NCBI GenBank assembly: GCA_963514005.1
Contig: OY740799.1
Span: 12,834,001-12,898,000 of the forward strand
Direction of reading: 5' to 3'
Source: Raja brachyura
Lineage: Eukaryota
Length of the DNA: 64,000 bases
Shown one piece after another: positions 32,801 to 46,222 of this stretch (positions within the stretch are counted from its first letter, which is position 1; every line of letters starts with the position of its first letter). The notes under the pieces were generated by a model. It did not search any database. It was not told the DNA's origin and worked only from the letters and a program-made list of their open reading frames with translations. Position numbers and translations under genes: made by a program.

Positions 32801-35648
32801 GTGATGGTGTAAATGAGCACTTCTAAGCTTCCCCCAATCTAGTTCAGTCAATAAACCACTGATTCAAGCACTGGAACAACTAATATTTATTGTTGGATAG
32901 CACAAGAAATTACCCTATACGATACCTAAACCACTGCAGGTTTGATCCTTGTATCTGCCTGCCCAAGCCCTTCAGCCTGGTGCAAGCAGAAACACTCCAA
33001 AAGATCACGCAGTCCCAAGCACTCTTCCAGAAGATCGACAAAGGACCTTGTAGGGGCTGTCTTTTATAGGTGTCCGTACCTTGAGGAGCCAATCTACAGA
33101 AAGGTGGTCTATTTACAATCCAATCAAACATAACAAATTACAACAATACATTATTGACAGTTACAAAGACCAATAACATAATTCCCCTTACATTGTTGCA
33201 GTAGAAGCTTCCAGAAGAAGCTAACAGAACTTGAATAATGCAACATTTGCCCTGGGATTCAAACAAACCAGACAGGGCTTAACATTTCAACCAATCAACA
33301 ATTAACAGGGTAACTGTCTCGCAACATTATTTACAATTATGTACAATTAGTTTGCATTTATCCAATTAACTTCATGCTTTTTACATTTCCTTGGATGTCC
33401 TCTGCAGAAATCCCATCTATCTGTCAATTGAATATGCAACACTGATCTGGGCCCTAGACTTACTGGCACCATTCAGAAGCTTGTCTTATTTCTGCAGAGC
33501 ACACCAGACTTGACCAAAATGGCCTAGGAATACATGAGTCCTTACTAAATTTTGGCACCGTGGCTGTTCGGTTTCAGCCAGGATTAACTATGGATGATCG
33601 GAATGGAAAGTAAGCGTGAACAGTGATGGATGGGCAGTGTGAGTGGACAGTGATGTATGGTCAAAGTGGGAAGTGAGGGTGGACATTAAGGCAATACAAA
33701 TTGAGTTGAGTCATTGTGCTGTAAACTTTATGCATTTCTCTGTGGAACATTGGAGAATTAAAATGTTGCACAAATCGAAAGGATGGGACTTAAAAGGAAT
33801 AATTTGTGCATTTATATGGAAGAACTGAGGGATGGGACAAATAAGTGTTGTTCAAAGGGCTGCTCCAGATATAATGGGCTGAATGGGCTCTTTGCATTAC
33901 TCCAGGTGGAAGATGGCTGATGTTTGTTGATAATGCATCAGAAAAAGGCATTTACAAATTGTGAGGAGAGTAACTGCGGAGGGTAAATGCTGTCATGTTC
34001 AACTTGTGCTATGAGGGCTCTTTCGGAGCAACCTCTGTGTTTTTCTCCATGTGCTCCATCGTAAAATTCCTGTTCAGAATGTACACGTCACTGTACAACT
34101 CCTCCCCCTTCTGTCGTAACTGTACAACTCCTCCTCCTTCTGTCATGGGGTAGACTCCCCTTTCTCCCCCCCCAATCTTTGCACATGGTCAATCCTTCCC
34201 ACTCGTCACTTTAATTTCATGTTACATGTATATTGTGATTTTTATGACTGTTGGCAGATCAATTTCCCTCCTGGGATAAATAAAGTTCTATCGCACCACT
34301 GAAGCTTCTCTTCATTCCTCACATTCATCTACTTTCACAAAGTGACCCCCAGCTTTATCAGTATTCATGGTGTTTCTTGTTGGTATATTATATTTACAGC
34401 TGCTCTAGCCGGTTATCAGTATTCACTGGTTGCACAGGTATTAATACTCACTGGAGGAGGGGTCACCCTGTAAATACCAATATTCTTCCAGCACTCTTGC
34501 TGAACACAGATAAGCAGCCAAGGCACTGTGAATCTGGGTGCAGACCTGGGACCCAGCGCGAATACTGATGGAAACTTTGGGATCTCTATGAATATTGACA
34601 CCGTGTCAATGCTGGTAACCTCCTGTACTGATCTACTGTGATACAGATACACTCCTAAGACACCCTGTCAAAGACTCATGTACATCTGAGAATACTGAGA
34701 TCACCTGGGGCCTGAGAAAACGGATTAATTCCCAGGATCCTCTGTAAAAATGATAAAAACCTCTATGACTATGTTTATACCCCTGGGGCACTTTCTGAAT
34801 GGTGACATACATCCACGATGGTCTATGTACTGAAATTTTCCTCTACTCCTGTGAATAGGAATTACTTCCCAGCAACCCAGGATCTCCTGCTAACATCCTC
34901 CCAGGACCCACTATGAATACTGAAACCCTCCTCAATCTCCTGTGAATACTAACACCCTCCCAGAACTCCCTTTGAATACTAACACCCTCCCAGGAACCTG
35001 TGTGAATACTGACGCCCTCCTGGGAATAGTCTCATGCCTCCTGTGGTACCTCTGCACGTATGGGCACTCTGAACATTGACACATGGTCAAGATGCCTGAG
35101 AAACTGATAGGTTACAGGCTCTGTGAGTACAGAACACCCCTGCTTTACGGAGGGCTTGCTTTCCAATCCAGCCGTCCGAATTGCAAATTTCTGCAAAACG
35201 GACTTTTGCCAAAAATTGACATTTGTTGTTTCTCTTAATTGTTTTTTTTTCCCCCATATGAGAAAGAGCGAATTTTTAATCTGTATCTGAAGTTTTGGTG
35301 GTGATTTGTGATTTTCCATTAATAACACAGACATAGATACACTCCAGAACTTCTGTGAATACAGATACGCTGTTGAGACCCTTTAAGAATGTTGATACAA
35401 GAAGGACCCGTTGTGAAAACAAACTTACCCAGGGCCATGTGTGAATACTGATACTGATACAGGTCACACTTCTGTGAAAACTGATGCATACCAAAATCCC
35501 CTGTGAATATTGATTATTCTCCCAGGACACATGGTGGATGCTGATTCATTCCAGGACCCCCTTTGAATATCAAAGTGCTTCTAGTATCCTCTGTGAATGC
35601 CGATAGATCCCAGTAATGCTCTGTGAAAGCTGATATCTTTCTGGGATT

Positions 35649-35741
35649 ACACAAAAAGCTGGAGAAACTCAGCGGGTGCAGCAGCATCTAAGGAGTGAAG
35701 GAGATAGGCGACGTTTCGGGTCGAGACCCTTCTTCAGACTC
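35649..35741 (-). mobile_element. ~95-bp Penelope-derived element with intact hammerhead and 9-bp TSD
   Basis: TCTGGGATT at 35640-35648 and 35742-35750; arm nearly identical to 18451-18506. Confidence 0.82.
35710..35737 (-). ncRNA. Minimal type I hammerhead ribozyme motif
   Basis: CUGAAGAAGGGUCUCGACCCGAAACGUC, identical to the 13789-13816 core. Confidence 0.75.
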
Positions 35742-38689
35742 TCTGGGATTGTTCTCAAACCTGCTGTGGAGACTGATACTGCCCTGAATCCCTGTGAATG
35801 CCAGTAACCTCCTGGACTGGTGTGAGTACTACCGGAACCCTCTGCATACCAACATATTCACAGGGCCCCCTCTGAACATGGATACACACATGAGAATACC
35901 GATTCACATCTGGAGCCCGCAACTAATACTGGGAGCCTCTGAGAACTGATTCACTTGGGACACCGTGACAATATTGAGGCAATCCACCCCCATTCTTCTT
36001 AGACTCACTGTAATTAGAGGTATCCTGAAAGGACCTAATTGACATATACTCCGGGGACCTTCTGTGAATACTGTTGTGCACCTGAGACTCCCTGAGAATA
36101 TGGGAATGTTTCCATGACCTTCTGTGAGCAGTAATATACTCATACAAGGCCAGAATCCATTATGAATTTGGATACCTCTCGGACCTTCCGTAGATGTTGA
36201 AAGACTCTTGGGGAAATCTGTGAATGCTGATACATGCTCAGGGTTCTCTGAAAAATTCGCAAAATCGCCTGTGAAAACTGACTTTGGAAACTGTGTGATT
36301 ACTGATTTGCACCTGAAACACACTGTAAATACTGATTCTCTCCCAGGATGTTTTGTGAATAGTGATATATTTTTTTGAAAATCCATGAATACTAATATAT
36401 TTCCAGGATCCTCGGTGAATACTGACACACATGTGGAATCTTCTTATTAAGATATTTGAATACACACTTGGGGCCCTCTGGGAATACAAATATACTTCTG
36501 AGGCCCCCTGTGAATGTTGATACACACGAGGAAACAAACTGATACAACCCAGGATCCTGTGTGAATATTAATTCCATTCTGGGACCCCCTGCAAGCATTG
36601 ATACATTTGTGTGAACCCCTGTACTAATGATAGTGTAATGGGCCTTTTCATAAATAGTCAGATTCTGGGACCCTCCTCTAATGTGACACACTCCTGTGAA
36701 CCTGTTTAAATACCAAATCATTTCTGGATCTTTTTGCGATCACAGAAATAAAGCCAGGAACATTGTTATTACCAGCATATTCCAGGGACCTTCCTTGCAC
36801 AACACCTCCTCCCCACCCTCCTGTTGAATGCCGAAGCGCAAGTCTCTAATGTTCATAACTGTTTTGCGGGACAAATGTGACTGAGAAGAATCTGGTACAG
36901 AATTTCCATTTTTAGTTGCTGAGAATTCCGTGAATACCTTTTTACATGTTTATAATACATTCTCATCAAAATTAATTCACAATGACAGCTAAATGAATAA
37001 TGTATGTAACTCTCACATTAACAACAATCAGAAATAATTAATTAGTTAAATCAGTTTGAGTTTTAAAATTCAATCTGCTGCAATCAGACAAAAGTTCACT
37101 TACCCCTCACTATCACTCCTGGAGAAACACTGTTGATTTGCTTTTCAGCAGAAATTCATATGGATATCCCTGGCTCTTAACAATTAGCAAATATTTTGAA
37201 TGTTTAAATGGAAGACATTTTTCTTTCACAGATTCCATTTGCTGAGCATTTAAAGATTAAGTTGCTTTTTTGGGCCAACTGCAGTAAGATTGTCACGTGT
37301 CTAGTGTTTGGAAAAGAAATCTCTACCCTAGAAAGGGCTTAGAGGGCATTTAATGAGATAAGATTTCAGGAATAGTGTCTAATTAAGCCAGCAGAAAAGG
37401 ATTTACTTTTGCATACTTATTGAGGGGAGAATGGATTTCGAGGCCAATTACTTATTTTGCTTAAGCAAACGGAGCATGAACTTCTTATAAATTGCAGTGC
37501 GATGAATCATAATGTTTTATTTGTTAACATTTGAGGAGAAAATGTTGGCCATTTCAAACTTATTGTCAGAGCAATAATGCGATTAGGTTATGTTGCTAAC
37601 ATAAAGCATATATTTTTATCTGCTCAAAGAACAAATCACATATTAGCTGTCCAGGTGAAAACACCTGTAGCAGATTTAACCTAGGATTTTATCATTGGTC
37701 TTGCATTTTCCAGCAATTTATCTTAGAATTTATATTTGGCCTTTCATTTTGCAGCAAGATTTCATTTTAAACCAATTGGAGTAGAAATTTAACTGTACAC
37801 ATAAACTAGCTCTAAATTTCACGAACCTGTTCGCACAAGATTTATATGTGCACCTTGCGTAAAGATGCAGGTATTGGGTAAGCATGTAACACAGAGGTAT
37901 CTGCATTTGCACACACTAAGCTTGTGTAATATCCGCTGTAGCTGCAACTAATCACCGCCACTTAAAGATGAACAGAACATTGGTGAAGGTCATTGTGCAG
38001 TTAATGTTTGGGCACAGCTCGAGTGGTTGCTCCATTTCACTGACACTGAGCTAAACATCCTGGTTAAAGAGGTGGAACTCAAAGGAAGGGTTCTAACAAG
38101 GGCTGGTTCTAACAAAGGTTTGTTGCCCCAGTATAACTCTGTGCTGCTTGTGTGGAGTCTGCACGTTCTCCCTGAATTATCTTGATCTCCCTTGGATGCA
38201 CTGATTTCTTCCCACACCCCAAAGACGTGCTGGTTAGCTGATTATTTGTCTACTGTAAATTGCCCTGGTGTGGAGCCAGTGGTAGAATCTGGGAAATTGG
38301 ATTACTCTGGCATAGATAAATGGCCTCCTCGTATTTATGGGAATGTGGAAAAATGAAAAATGAATGAGGTAGGGTTGGCGAGAAAGGTTTGTGAACCCTC
38401 CAATAATCTCGTGATGTTACGGATGCACATGTATATGATTGTCTGTTCGCATTATGAATGTATGTACATAGACCTACAAAAGCCTGAAGTTTGAAGAACC
38501 ACACAAGTTGCTAGCAAGAGGAGGTGGGAAGGGAAAGAAATGCCCATAGGAATTTAGTCCTGGTGCATCAAGAATGTTAATGACTCTACTTGCACAAATA
38601 AGGTCAATGAATGAAAATACCAAAGTCCATCTACAAGAGATTCAGCACTGCACAAGAGATTCAGATTCAGCAGTTACCAACTGTCGAGG

Positions 38690-39065
38690 ATGACAACGTT
38701 TTTCATTCTTGTTCTTTGGGTTCTGAGTTGGTTGACGAAACCCACAGGCTCTGCCACGTGGGACAAGGCGTGATTGATGGGGTGGCCAGGTGGGTGGTTT
38801 GGGAGGTGGTGCGATCTTTCTGCCATTTAGACTGGACTTCTTAACTAATGAACTCAAGTTTCACAGTGCCACTCCTAATGTTCCATTTTGAGAGATCATG
38901 GGCCCAGGATTTCACCGAGTTGTTGTGGAATCTGTCATGCAAGCTTTGGAAACATCTTTGAATCGTGTTCACTGCCAACTCGGTAATTTCTTTCGTAGAT
39001 GGAACTCGAAATAGAACATTTCAGAATTCAAATGACGTAGCTTGCCCATAGGAGCTGATTGAGAA
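38690..39065 (-). mobile_element. RTE-clade LINE 3' fragment, degenerate
   Basis: The minus strand gives a decayed QLLWASYV...FYFEF...RFKDVSKA, matching the RTE C-terminal QLRWAGHV..LFYGEL..KRFKD.LKA pattern. Confidence 0.55.
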
Positions 39066-39521
39066 TAGTGAAAGTGATCAGGGGAACCTGGAGCTGATTA
39101 CCGCAACTTAAGGTGAAACATGCAGCTGCAGAGACTCCGGAAAACGTTTGATCTAAAGAGCAGGTGACGGGCCCATTGTGACGCTAGAACAAAACTAGTT
39201 ATCAAGGACAGGGGACTAGATAGTGTCCAAAGAACATGTGGAAGATTTCCTCAATGGTGATTCAGCTCTTTATGTGAGCACCCTTGCCTCCATTCCACAG
39301 CAAACTTCATGGTTCAACTTCACTGTCACAATTAAGAAGTCAAAAAAGCCAGGTGACAATTGAAAAATAAACAGGCATTTGGGCCAAACAGCATCCCCGC
39401 TGAAGTTCCAAACCTCCGTTACAAATTCACAATCTCATCTCCTTCCCATGGGAAGAGGAGGACATGTCAAGGGACATGAAAAACCTGATCAAGTGCCACA
39501 GTATACCTAACCCCATGATTC

Positions 39522-39715
39522 ACCTACACACATGTGCACGCACACATGCATACACACAACGTACAAGCACATTCACGCATGCACATGCATGCACACATAC
39601 ACGCACACTTACGTATGCACACATGTACATACACGCACATGTACATGCACACTCACACATGCACACTTGAGCGTGCGCAAGTTGCGTACAGAGCGTGTAC
39701 ACACACACACACACT
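39522..39715. repeat. Imperfect (CA)n/(CACATG)n microsatellite
   Basis: Alternating purine-pyrimidine tract of about 190 bp. Confidence 0.9.
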
Positions 39716-40918
39716 CTGGTACCTATGGAGATGGTCAGCAGGATGACCATTGGCAAGGTGCTGGTGACGACATGTTCAGTTTATGATGACTAGTCACATC
39801 ACAGTGTCCTTATGTTTAACCCTCCTCCCACTTACCCCATTTCCCCACATTCCACACTATCCTCTGTTATAAAGGTAAGGTGATTGCAACAGATCACAAT
39901 TTACAATTGATTTTGGACTAAAATAAAGTCCTTAGTACTGCAAAAAATATGTATAATGAATCTTAATTTGTGAGCCAGTTATGTTATGGGATCACACAGA
40001 TGATTTGACAACATTACTTGATTTAACCTCAGCTGATGTGCTATAAGCGGATTTGATGTGGTGGAGGATGTTAATCTTTGACGTCATTCCAGATGGTTTC
40101 AAAACCAGCAACATCGTTTCCAGCTCACATTGGCCTTTTTGATAAATTGTAATCAGGTTTGAGCAAGGGAAAACTTGCTGCAAGTTTAAATTGAACGAGA
40201 GGCATCAAAACCAAATAAACAATGATTATTCAGAAAGGATACCGACCTGAAACATCATCTGTCATTACCTTCCACAGATGCTGCCTGACCCGGTGAGTTG
40301 CTCCAGTGGTTTGTATTTTGCTGTCGATTCCATCATCTGTAATCTCTTGTGTCTTCAAAACCAAATACTCTATTGGCAACTGTTCCCAGACCACAACATG
40401 AAGCATTTATAATATTAATTCAAACTTGTCTTTCCATTTGCACTGCCTGATGTGCTGGGCATTTCCTACAGCTTTGATCTGAATTTAACAGACCTTAAAC
40501 GTTCTTTTATTTGTGTCTTTTCTCATAATTTCCCTCATTAATCTATCAACCAGTTGGCAACATCAATCACTTTTTGCCACTGCAATCTTGGCTTTACCTT
40601 ATCATAAATATTCTCTTCATGCATTCATCCACTAAAAACCAACTTGTTTTCTCAAATTCCCAGTTTTGACCCGAAACATTAAGTCTGCTTTCCTTTCCAC
40701 AGATCTGCCTAACCTGCATTATTTGCAACCATCTGTCTCATCTCTTCTTCTATATTTGGGTTGCAACTATGCTGTCTGTATTCCAGTTCCCTTAAGAACA
40801 AGGGTTAGAAGTGTTTATTTTGGAGCAAGTCCATTCCTTGCTTCAAATTTCCTACCCTTGACTGAGAAACAAGTGAGGTTTGAAGTGAGCTGAGGAAGAT
40901 CTTTAATTAGCATGGGAG

Positions 40919-42467
40919 CAGGCACGTGCCGTGAGTAATTACTCAGGGTAGGCAGTCAGCCGGCTTTCAAAAAAATCTTAAAACCGTGCATGCGCAGATT
41001 GTTCTCTTCGTAAAAAATAAAAAATAAGTACCAATTCGATTTCCCAAGGGTTCTAAATCTCCTTCATTTTTTAATTACTGAATGGGTGGGGGACAGAGGA
41101 TGAAGGCAAGTGGAGGGATGGTGGGAAAAATGGGAGCACTCCGGGACGTTGAATCAGTTGTCATCTTATTGAATGACAATACTAATTCAAGGGTCCAATT
41201 GGAGGGAGAGTTCCTTTCACAGCGTATGGAGAGCCTGCGGCAGGGGTTAAATATGCGAGAAGGCAGAAGTTTTGAGAAGGAGGGGGTCAGAGATCATATC
41301 AAACTCCCTCACCGCTGCCGCAGCACTCCGGGCATGGACAGCAGAACTGGCCGCCACTTCCGGGGATAGAAGCAGCTCGGGTGCGAGCGGCCGCCGGGAC
41401 CCAACACCAGAACCGGCTGCTCTTCAGCGCCTTCTGATCACCTCTGGCAGTGCTCTTCGTCTGAACATCTCTCACCTGCCGTTCGCCGGCTTCGCTCATG
41501 TCAACCGCGTCCCGCAAATCCTTAAATTCCCACAGCCAAGTAACCTCAACTGGTCCCGTGAACGCGCTGTCGGAATTTAAAGATTTGCGGGAAGCCAGCT
41601 GGCGAGCGGCAGATGAGAGATATTCGGACGGAGAGCACTGCCAGAGGTGAGTGGGGACCAGCAGAAGGGGCTGAAGTGGCTGAAGTGGCTTAAGTGGCAG
41701 GGTCCCGGCGGCCACTCGCAGTCACCCGAGCTGCTTCCTTCCTCGGAAGTGGCGGCCAGTTCTGCTGTCCGTGCCTGGAGTGCTGCGGCAGCCACCCGAG
41801 CTAATTCACTCCCCGGCCACAATAAAACCATATAGCAATTACAGCACGGAAACAGGCCATCTCGGCCCTTTTAGTCCGTGCCGAACACTTACTCTCACCT
41901 AGTCCCATCTACCTCCACTCAGACCGGAGTGTGGCAAGTGGGTTACTGACCCTAATCCCCTCCTTCACAACACCAGACTCCCCAAACACTGTGAACGGAG
42001 CTCTCCCCCCACCCCGGGAACTACAGTATTTAAAAACATAAAGCACAAAGAAATGCACTTACCACATTATTGGTACATTAAGTCCATTCTTCACTCTTTG
42101 TTTGCTAAGATACTATTAAAATAATGACAACCCATATTTGAAAATCCCGCCAAGAAACACGCGCTGCACATGCGCAGAAGGATGATGCGCATGCGCAGTG
42201 CTGCAAAGGCAGAATTTCTGCTGCCTTCAGCTCCACTTGAAACTGGCGGCTTCAGGCAGCGCTGACGGCACGTGGGCTGCACAGAGCTTCCCGTGTCACA
42301 AGCGCTGCGGATGAAAGGCACGGAGAATTATGCCTACCTAAGAGATCGGTCTCTTACATAGACATAATTCTCCCATGCCTTTACTATTTATATTTAATAA
42401 TTGCCATTTCATAATTTTAGTTAGGGTAGGCAGTGCTTACCTTGCCTACCCTGACGGCACGTGCCTG
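40919..42467. mobile_element. Non-autonomous hAT-type DNA transposon (1549 bp)
   Basis: 14-bp perfect TIRs CAGGCACGTGCCGT / ACGGCACGTGCCTG and a perfect 8-bp TSD CATGGGAG (40911-40918, 42468-42475). Subterminal AGGGTAGGCA repeats; no transposase ORF. Confidence 0.88.
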
Positions 42468-45400
42468 CATGGGAGGTGCTTTTAGGATGTGAGGGGAGGT
42501 GGGATTGGTATGCATGGTGAAGTGGAGGATTGAGGGATTATGTTGGAGATGTGGGAACATTAACTGGGAGTGGACGAAGGAATGCATAGGGGAGATGAAA
42601 TCAAAGGGTTTGGTGGGGTTGGGATCAAGCAATTTGATAAAGAGGTGAGATATGGGAGAAAGGGGGGTCTGGATCTAGTAAGTGTGTTCTTTTGCTTCCT
42701 TACATACAATGGAGTCCAAATACAGAGTGTGCAAGCAAATGTTCATGAGACATGCGGAAATTGAAACAAGGTGTTCTTTCTACTTTCGAGGGCTCCTCAC
42801 AGACTGCCGCTCTGAAACATTCTCTACACATTGCTGAAACCCACATAGCAAGTAGTCATATGACACAATCATGGTAAAGAAGCACCAGATATAAAGCAAC
42901 AACCCATGTTGCACATACCTCAGTGCAGAGGTGGAGACCAGGTGAGGATAATTTGGCCAATAAATATATTTGTAAAGTGATTTGAGGGCTGCAGGGGAGG
43001 TGGTACTAGCAACAGCTAATCGACTCCTTGGCCTTTATAAATGATTAATTTATAAAAACTTACAAACGATATGAAAACATGTTTGTATCTCTATAACGTG
43101 TATTTGGGCAACCTGGTGGAGGATTGAGAACACACTGCTTTACCTGAACCATTGCATAAATGTTTGATTCTTGATCAACACCCAAAGACAAAGAGCTGAT
43201 GTCCAAGGAATAGGTTCAGGCGCACATATTATTGTTGAGAACAGCAGGTCTTGGACAAAATAAAGGATGGTGTGAGGTTCCATAGGGCAGGAGAAGGATC
43301 CATTGTATGGAGTCAAAATCCACAACACTTGCTAAGGTTCACAGGAGAACGGAAAGGTCCGCAGGCTGCCAGCATACACCACAGGTTAGAGTCAAGCCTC
43401 ACGGGTTAAAGGACCACAGGATCAAGTAAAGGCTCACTAAATGGAATCTGGATACACAGTTTAAGGTCACGATCCACTTAGCCTTGAGTACAGTGTTCTC
43501 AATCCCTTGAGTACATTGGGTAGGATCTGGATCCACACAATAAGGCCACAATCTAAATTAAATCGTCTACTCCTTAAATGGAAGAGCCCCTACAGTAAAG
43601 TGTAAAGTTTCTCAAAACACTGTCAACTTCCACTGGACTGAATATAGATTCACTGAAAGGATATTATTGAAGGACCAGGAATCATTGTATTTTTATGGGT
43701 TCATGGAGTTTTTACAATAGCTATGATAGAAACCTGGAGAATTTCAGCTGAGATTGAACTCTTGCATCTGTGTGGTGGGGAGGTGAGTTTGCTGACTTAC
43801 TTTACATCTGTATATATCAGTACTTGTGAAGACAGGATTTTTTATTTGCTAATAGGATGTGAACAAAGCTGGCAAGCCCAAACTCTCTTGGTTTGGGGAT
43901 GTGCCTCTATTTCAAATCTGCTTCAGAAGCGTCCACAATTGCAACAATGCGGCGACAATGAAGGAATGTCAGTATATGCCAAAATCAGAACGGTACGTGA
44001 ATTCAAGCAAACATGGAACTGATGCCAGTTCCATGCTTGTCACAGGTGCAAGTGACTGGACGGGAGCTGCAATGACCTTGCAGAGATCCTGCACTGTATT
44101 CTGCAGTTTGTACATGCAGCAGCCACAGAGAATAGCGGATGGGAGTGTGTACAGTGATTTCAAGTGAACTGTTCTGGCTCGGATGCTGTTGAACTTCTTG
44201 TGTGTTTATGCTGCACAACAGGTAAATGTTTATATGAGTCAAGGCTTCCAACTTCGAGTTCTAATTTAGAAACAAAAATGAAGTCAGAGTCACTAATGAA
44301 TTAAAAGTTAATGTTTTCCTTTTCCTTTCAAATCTATTAACATTGGAGTGGCAAGGGCAGTGGAGTATTGCAATATTTGTTGCTGTTGCTGCACAGCTTG
44401 GTTAAACCATGACTTCCAGTGCGTTCTGTATGGAGTTGAATATTCTTGCTGTAACCGTATGAATATTCCCCAGGGTTCTCGAACTTCCTCCCACTATCCA
44501 AAGACATGCAGTAGGTAATTGTCTACTGTAAATTACCCTATAGTGGCCAAAAGAATGAAAAAAGTTTGAGCATGCGAAAGAAAGTAAGTTGAGGAGTACA
44601 GGAAAGTAAGGAGACTGGAGAAATGGACATGCTTTGCTGAGAGCTGGTATAAGCTGGTGGGGCTGAACTGTAAAAACTGTACCATGTTAAATTAGATATC
44701 AAGAGACAAGAGTGTTTAATCATTACGTGAACCAGGACTGGGACAATGACATTTGTACTTGCTGCAGCTTTACAGGCACATAAAATGCAATAGTTCAACA
44801 ACGCTGTCAGTTAAAGACATGCAAACAGGCATATACAAACACATATATGCACACATACATAGAGCACTCACAAATGCACCTATATTTACACATAGACACA
44901 CTTACATGCATAGATACTTAAATGAAACCAAGCCAGATTTAAACAGTTGCCATATATATTTGCCACCACTTGGGGTCAGCAGAGTGCCAAGGACGTGTTA
45001 CACCTGAAGTGTTTTAAGCAGGTGAATGAAGGGGGAATTTCAAGGAACACAAATAAGAGGCTAATAATTACTTTGCAAATGAGTGTTGGTGCAATCTGTC
45101 GTGTGAGGCCATCTGCCCTGACAGATTATGAGCCTTGTTCTAAGAGGATAATATTAACCAGTGTTCCATTAATAACTGGGACAATCACTGTGAAATGATT
45201 AGAATTATAATCACAGAGGAACTCAGCAGAGCTGAGCATGCACATGCAATGTGTTATGTATCACAGCCTGAAGCTTCAAGCTACTGACACATCTGTGAAA
45301 CAAACCCTTTGAGGATTATGAGTGACATTTTCCAAATACACTGTGACTTTGTGAGGTGCCAAATGAATTGCTCGCAGACACTATACGTTCTTGGCATAGA

Positions 45401-45469
45401 AATGTGAGGAGGCCTTTCAGCCCATCGAGCCATTCTATTAAATTTATAATTTACAGAATTGATGTTGAA

Positions 45470-45905
45470 GCTCTGGAAAGAGTGCAGAATGCTGCCTAGT
45501 TTAGGGGGCATTAACTACAAGGAGAAGGTGGACTAGTTTCTCTTGAATGCTGGAGGTAGAGGGAGACCTGACAGAAGTATCTTAAATTATGAGAGACATA
45601 GATAGGGGAGACAATCAAATCATTTTTCTCAGGGTGGAAATGAGAAAGAGTAGAGGGCATAGCTTTAAGGAAAGAAGGGCAAAGTTTAATCGAGATGCAC
45701 GGGGCAAGTTTTTTACACTGGGTGGTATTGGTGGCAGATGTGATAGTGGCATTTAAGAGGCTTTTAGATGGGCACTTGGATATACAAAGAATGGAGGAAT
45801 ATCCATCATGTGCAGTGATGAGATTAGTTTATCCTGGCATAATGTTCGGCATAGACATGTGGGCCAAAGGGCTTGCTCCTGTGCTGTATTTTTCTACGTT
45901 CTAAT
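45470..45905 (+). mobile_element. CR1 LINE 3' fragment (old)
   Basis: Degenerate LERVQ...RGDLTEV.....RGHSFK...FKRLLD pattern followed by the CR1 tail. Confidence 0.7.
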
Positions 45906-45989
45906 TACATCAATCAGACCTTCCCTCATCTCCTAACTAACAAGAATAGCTTTTGATGAAGCTTTGTCAAAGATGTTTGATCGAGATTT

Positions 45990-46222
45990 AGGGCGGTCAT
46001 GGTGGCACAGCGACAGAGCTGCTGCCTTACAGCGAATGCAGCGGCGGAGACCCGGGTTCGATCCCGACTATGGGCGCTGTCTGTACGGAGTTTGTATGTT
46101 CTCCCCGTGACCTGCGTGGGTTTTCTCCGAGATCTTCGGTTTCCTCCCACATTCCAAAATACGTACAGGTTTGTAGGTTACGCTGGCCTGTTTCCGTACT
46201 GCACCCCAACTAAACTAAAAAA
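45990..46222 (+). mobile_element. tRNA-derived V-SINE with internal deletion
   Basis: GGTGGCACAGCG A-box, GGTTCGATCCC B-box, V-core and a short AACTA-repeat tail. Confidence 0.82.

Larger units (their letters stand above)
34360..36800. repeat. Degenerate ~30-bp tandem array (consensus about TGTGAATACTGACACACTCCCAGGACCCTC)
   Basis: TGAATACT recurs at 34943, 34973 and 35003 (30-bp period) and throughout the region. Interrupted near 35150-35330 and at 35649-35741. Confidence 0.8.

Noticed and set aside
34360-36800. CRISPR-like or protein-coding reading of the 30-bp array (ORFs 35904-36428, 36238-36537, 36392-36721)
   Set aside because: Units are contiguous and degenerate, with no unique spacers and no cas genes, and the context is eukaryotic. 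The ORFs arise from the 3n periodicity and switch frames. The array lies upstream of the signal peptide, so it cannot be the missing mucin domain.
39464-39786. His/Thr- and Cys/Val-rich ORFs
   Set aside because: Translations of a (CA)n-type microsatellite.
41082-41835. GC-rich ORFs inside the hAT element as a transposase or captured gene
   Set aside because: They are mirror-image products of the internal palindrome, with no BED finger, DDE or hAT dimerisation motifs.
43723-44251. Overlapping ORFs on both strands
   Set aside because: No recognisable domain; the sequence looks like a decayed LINE fragment.
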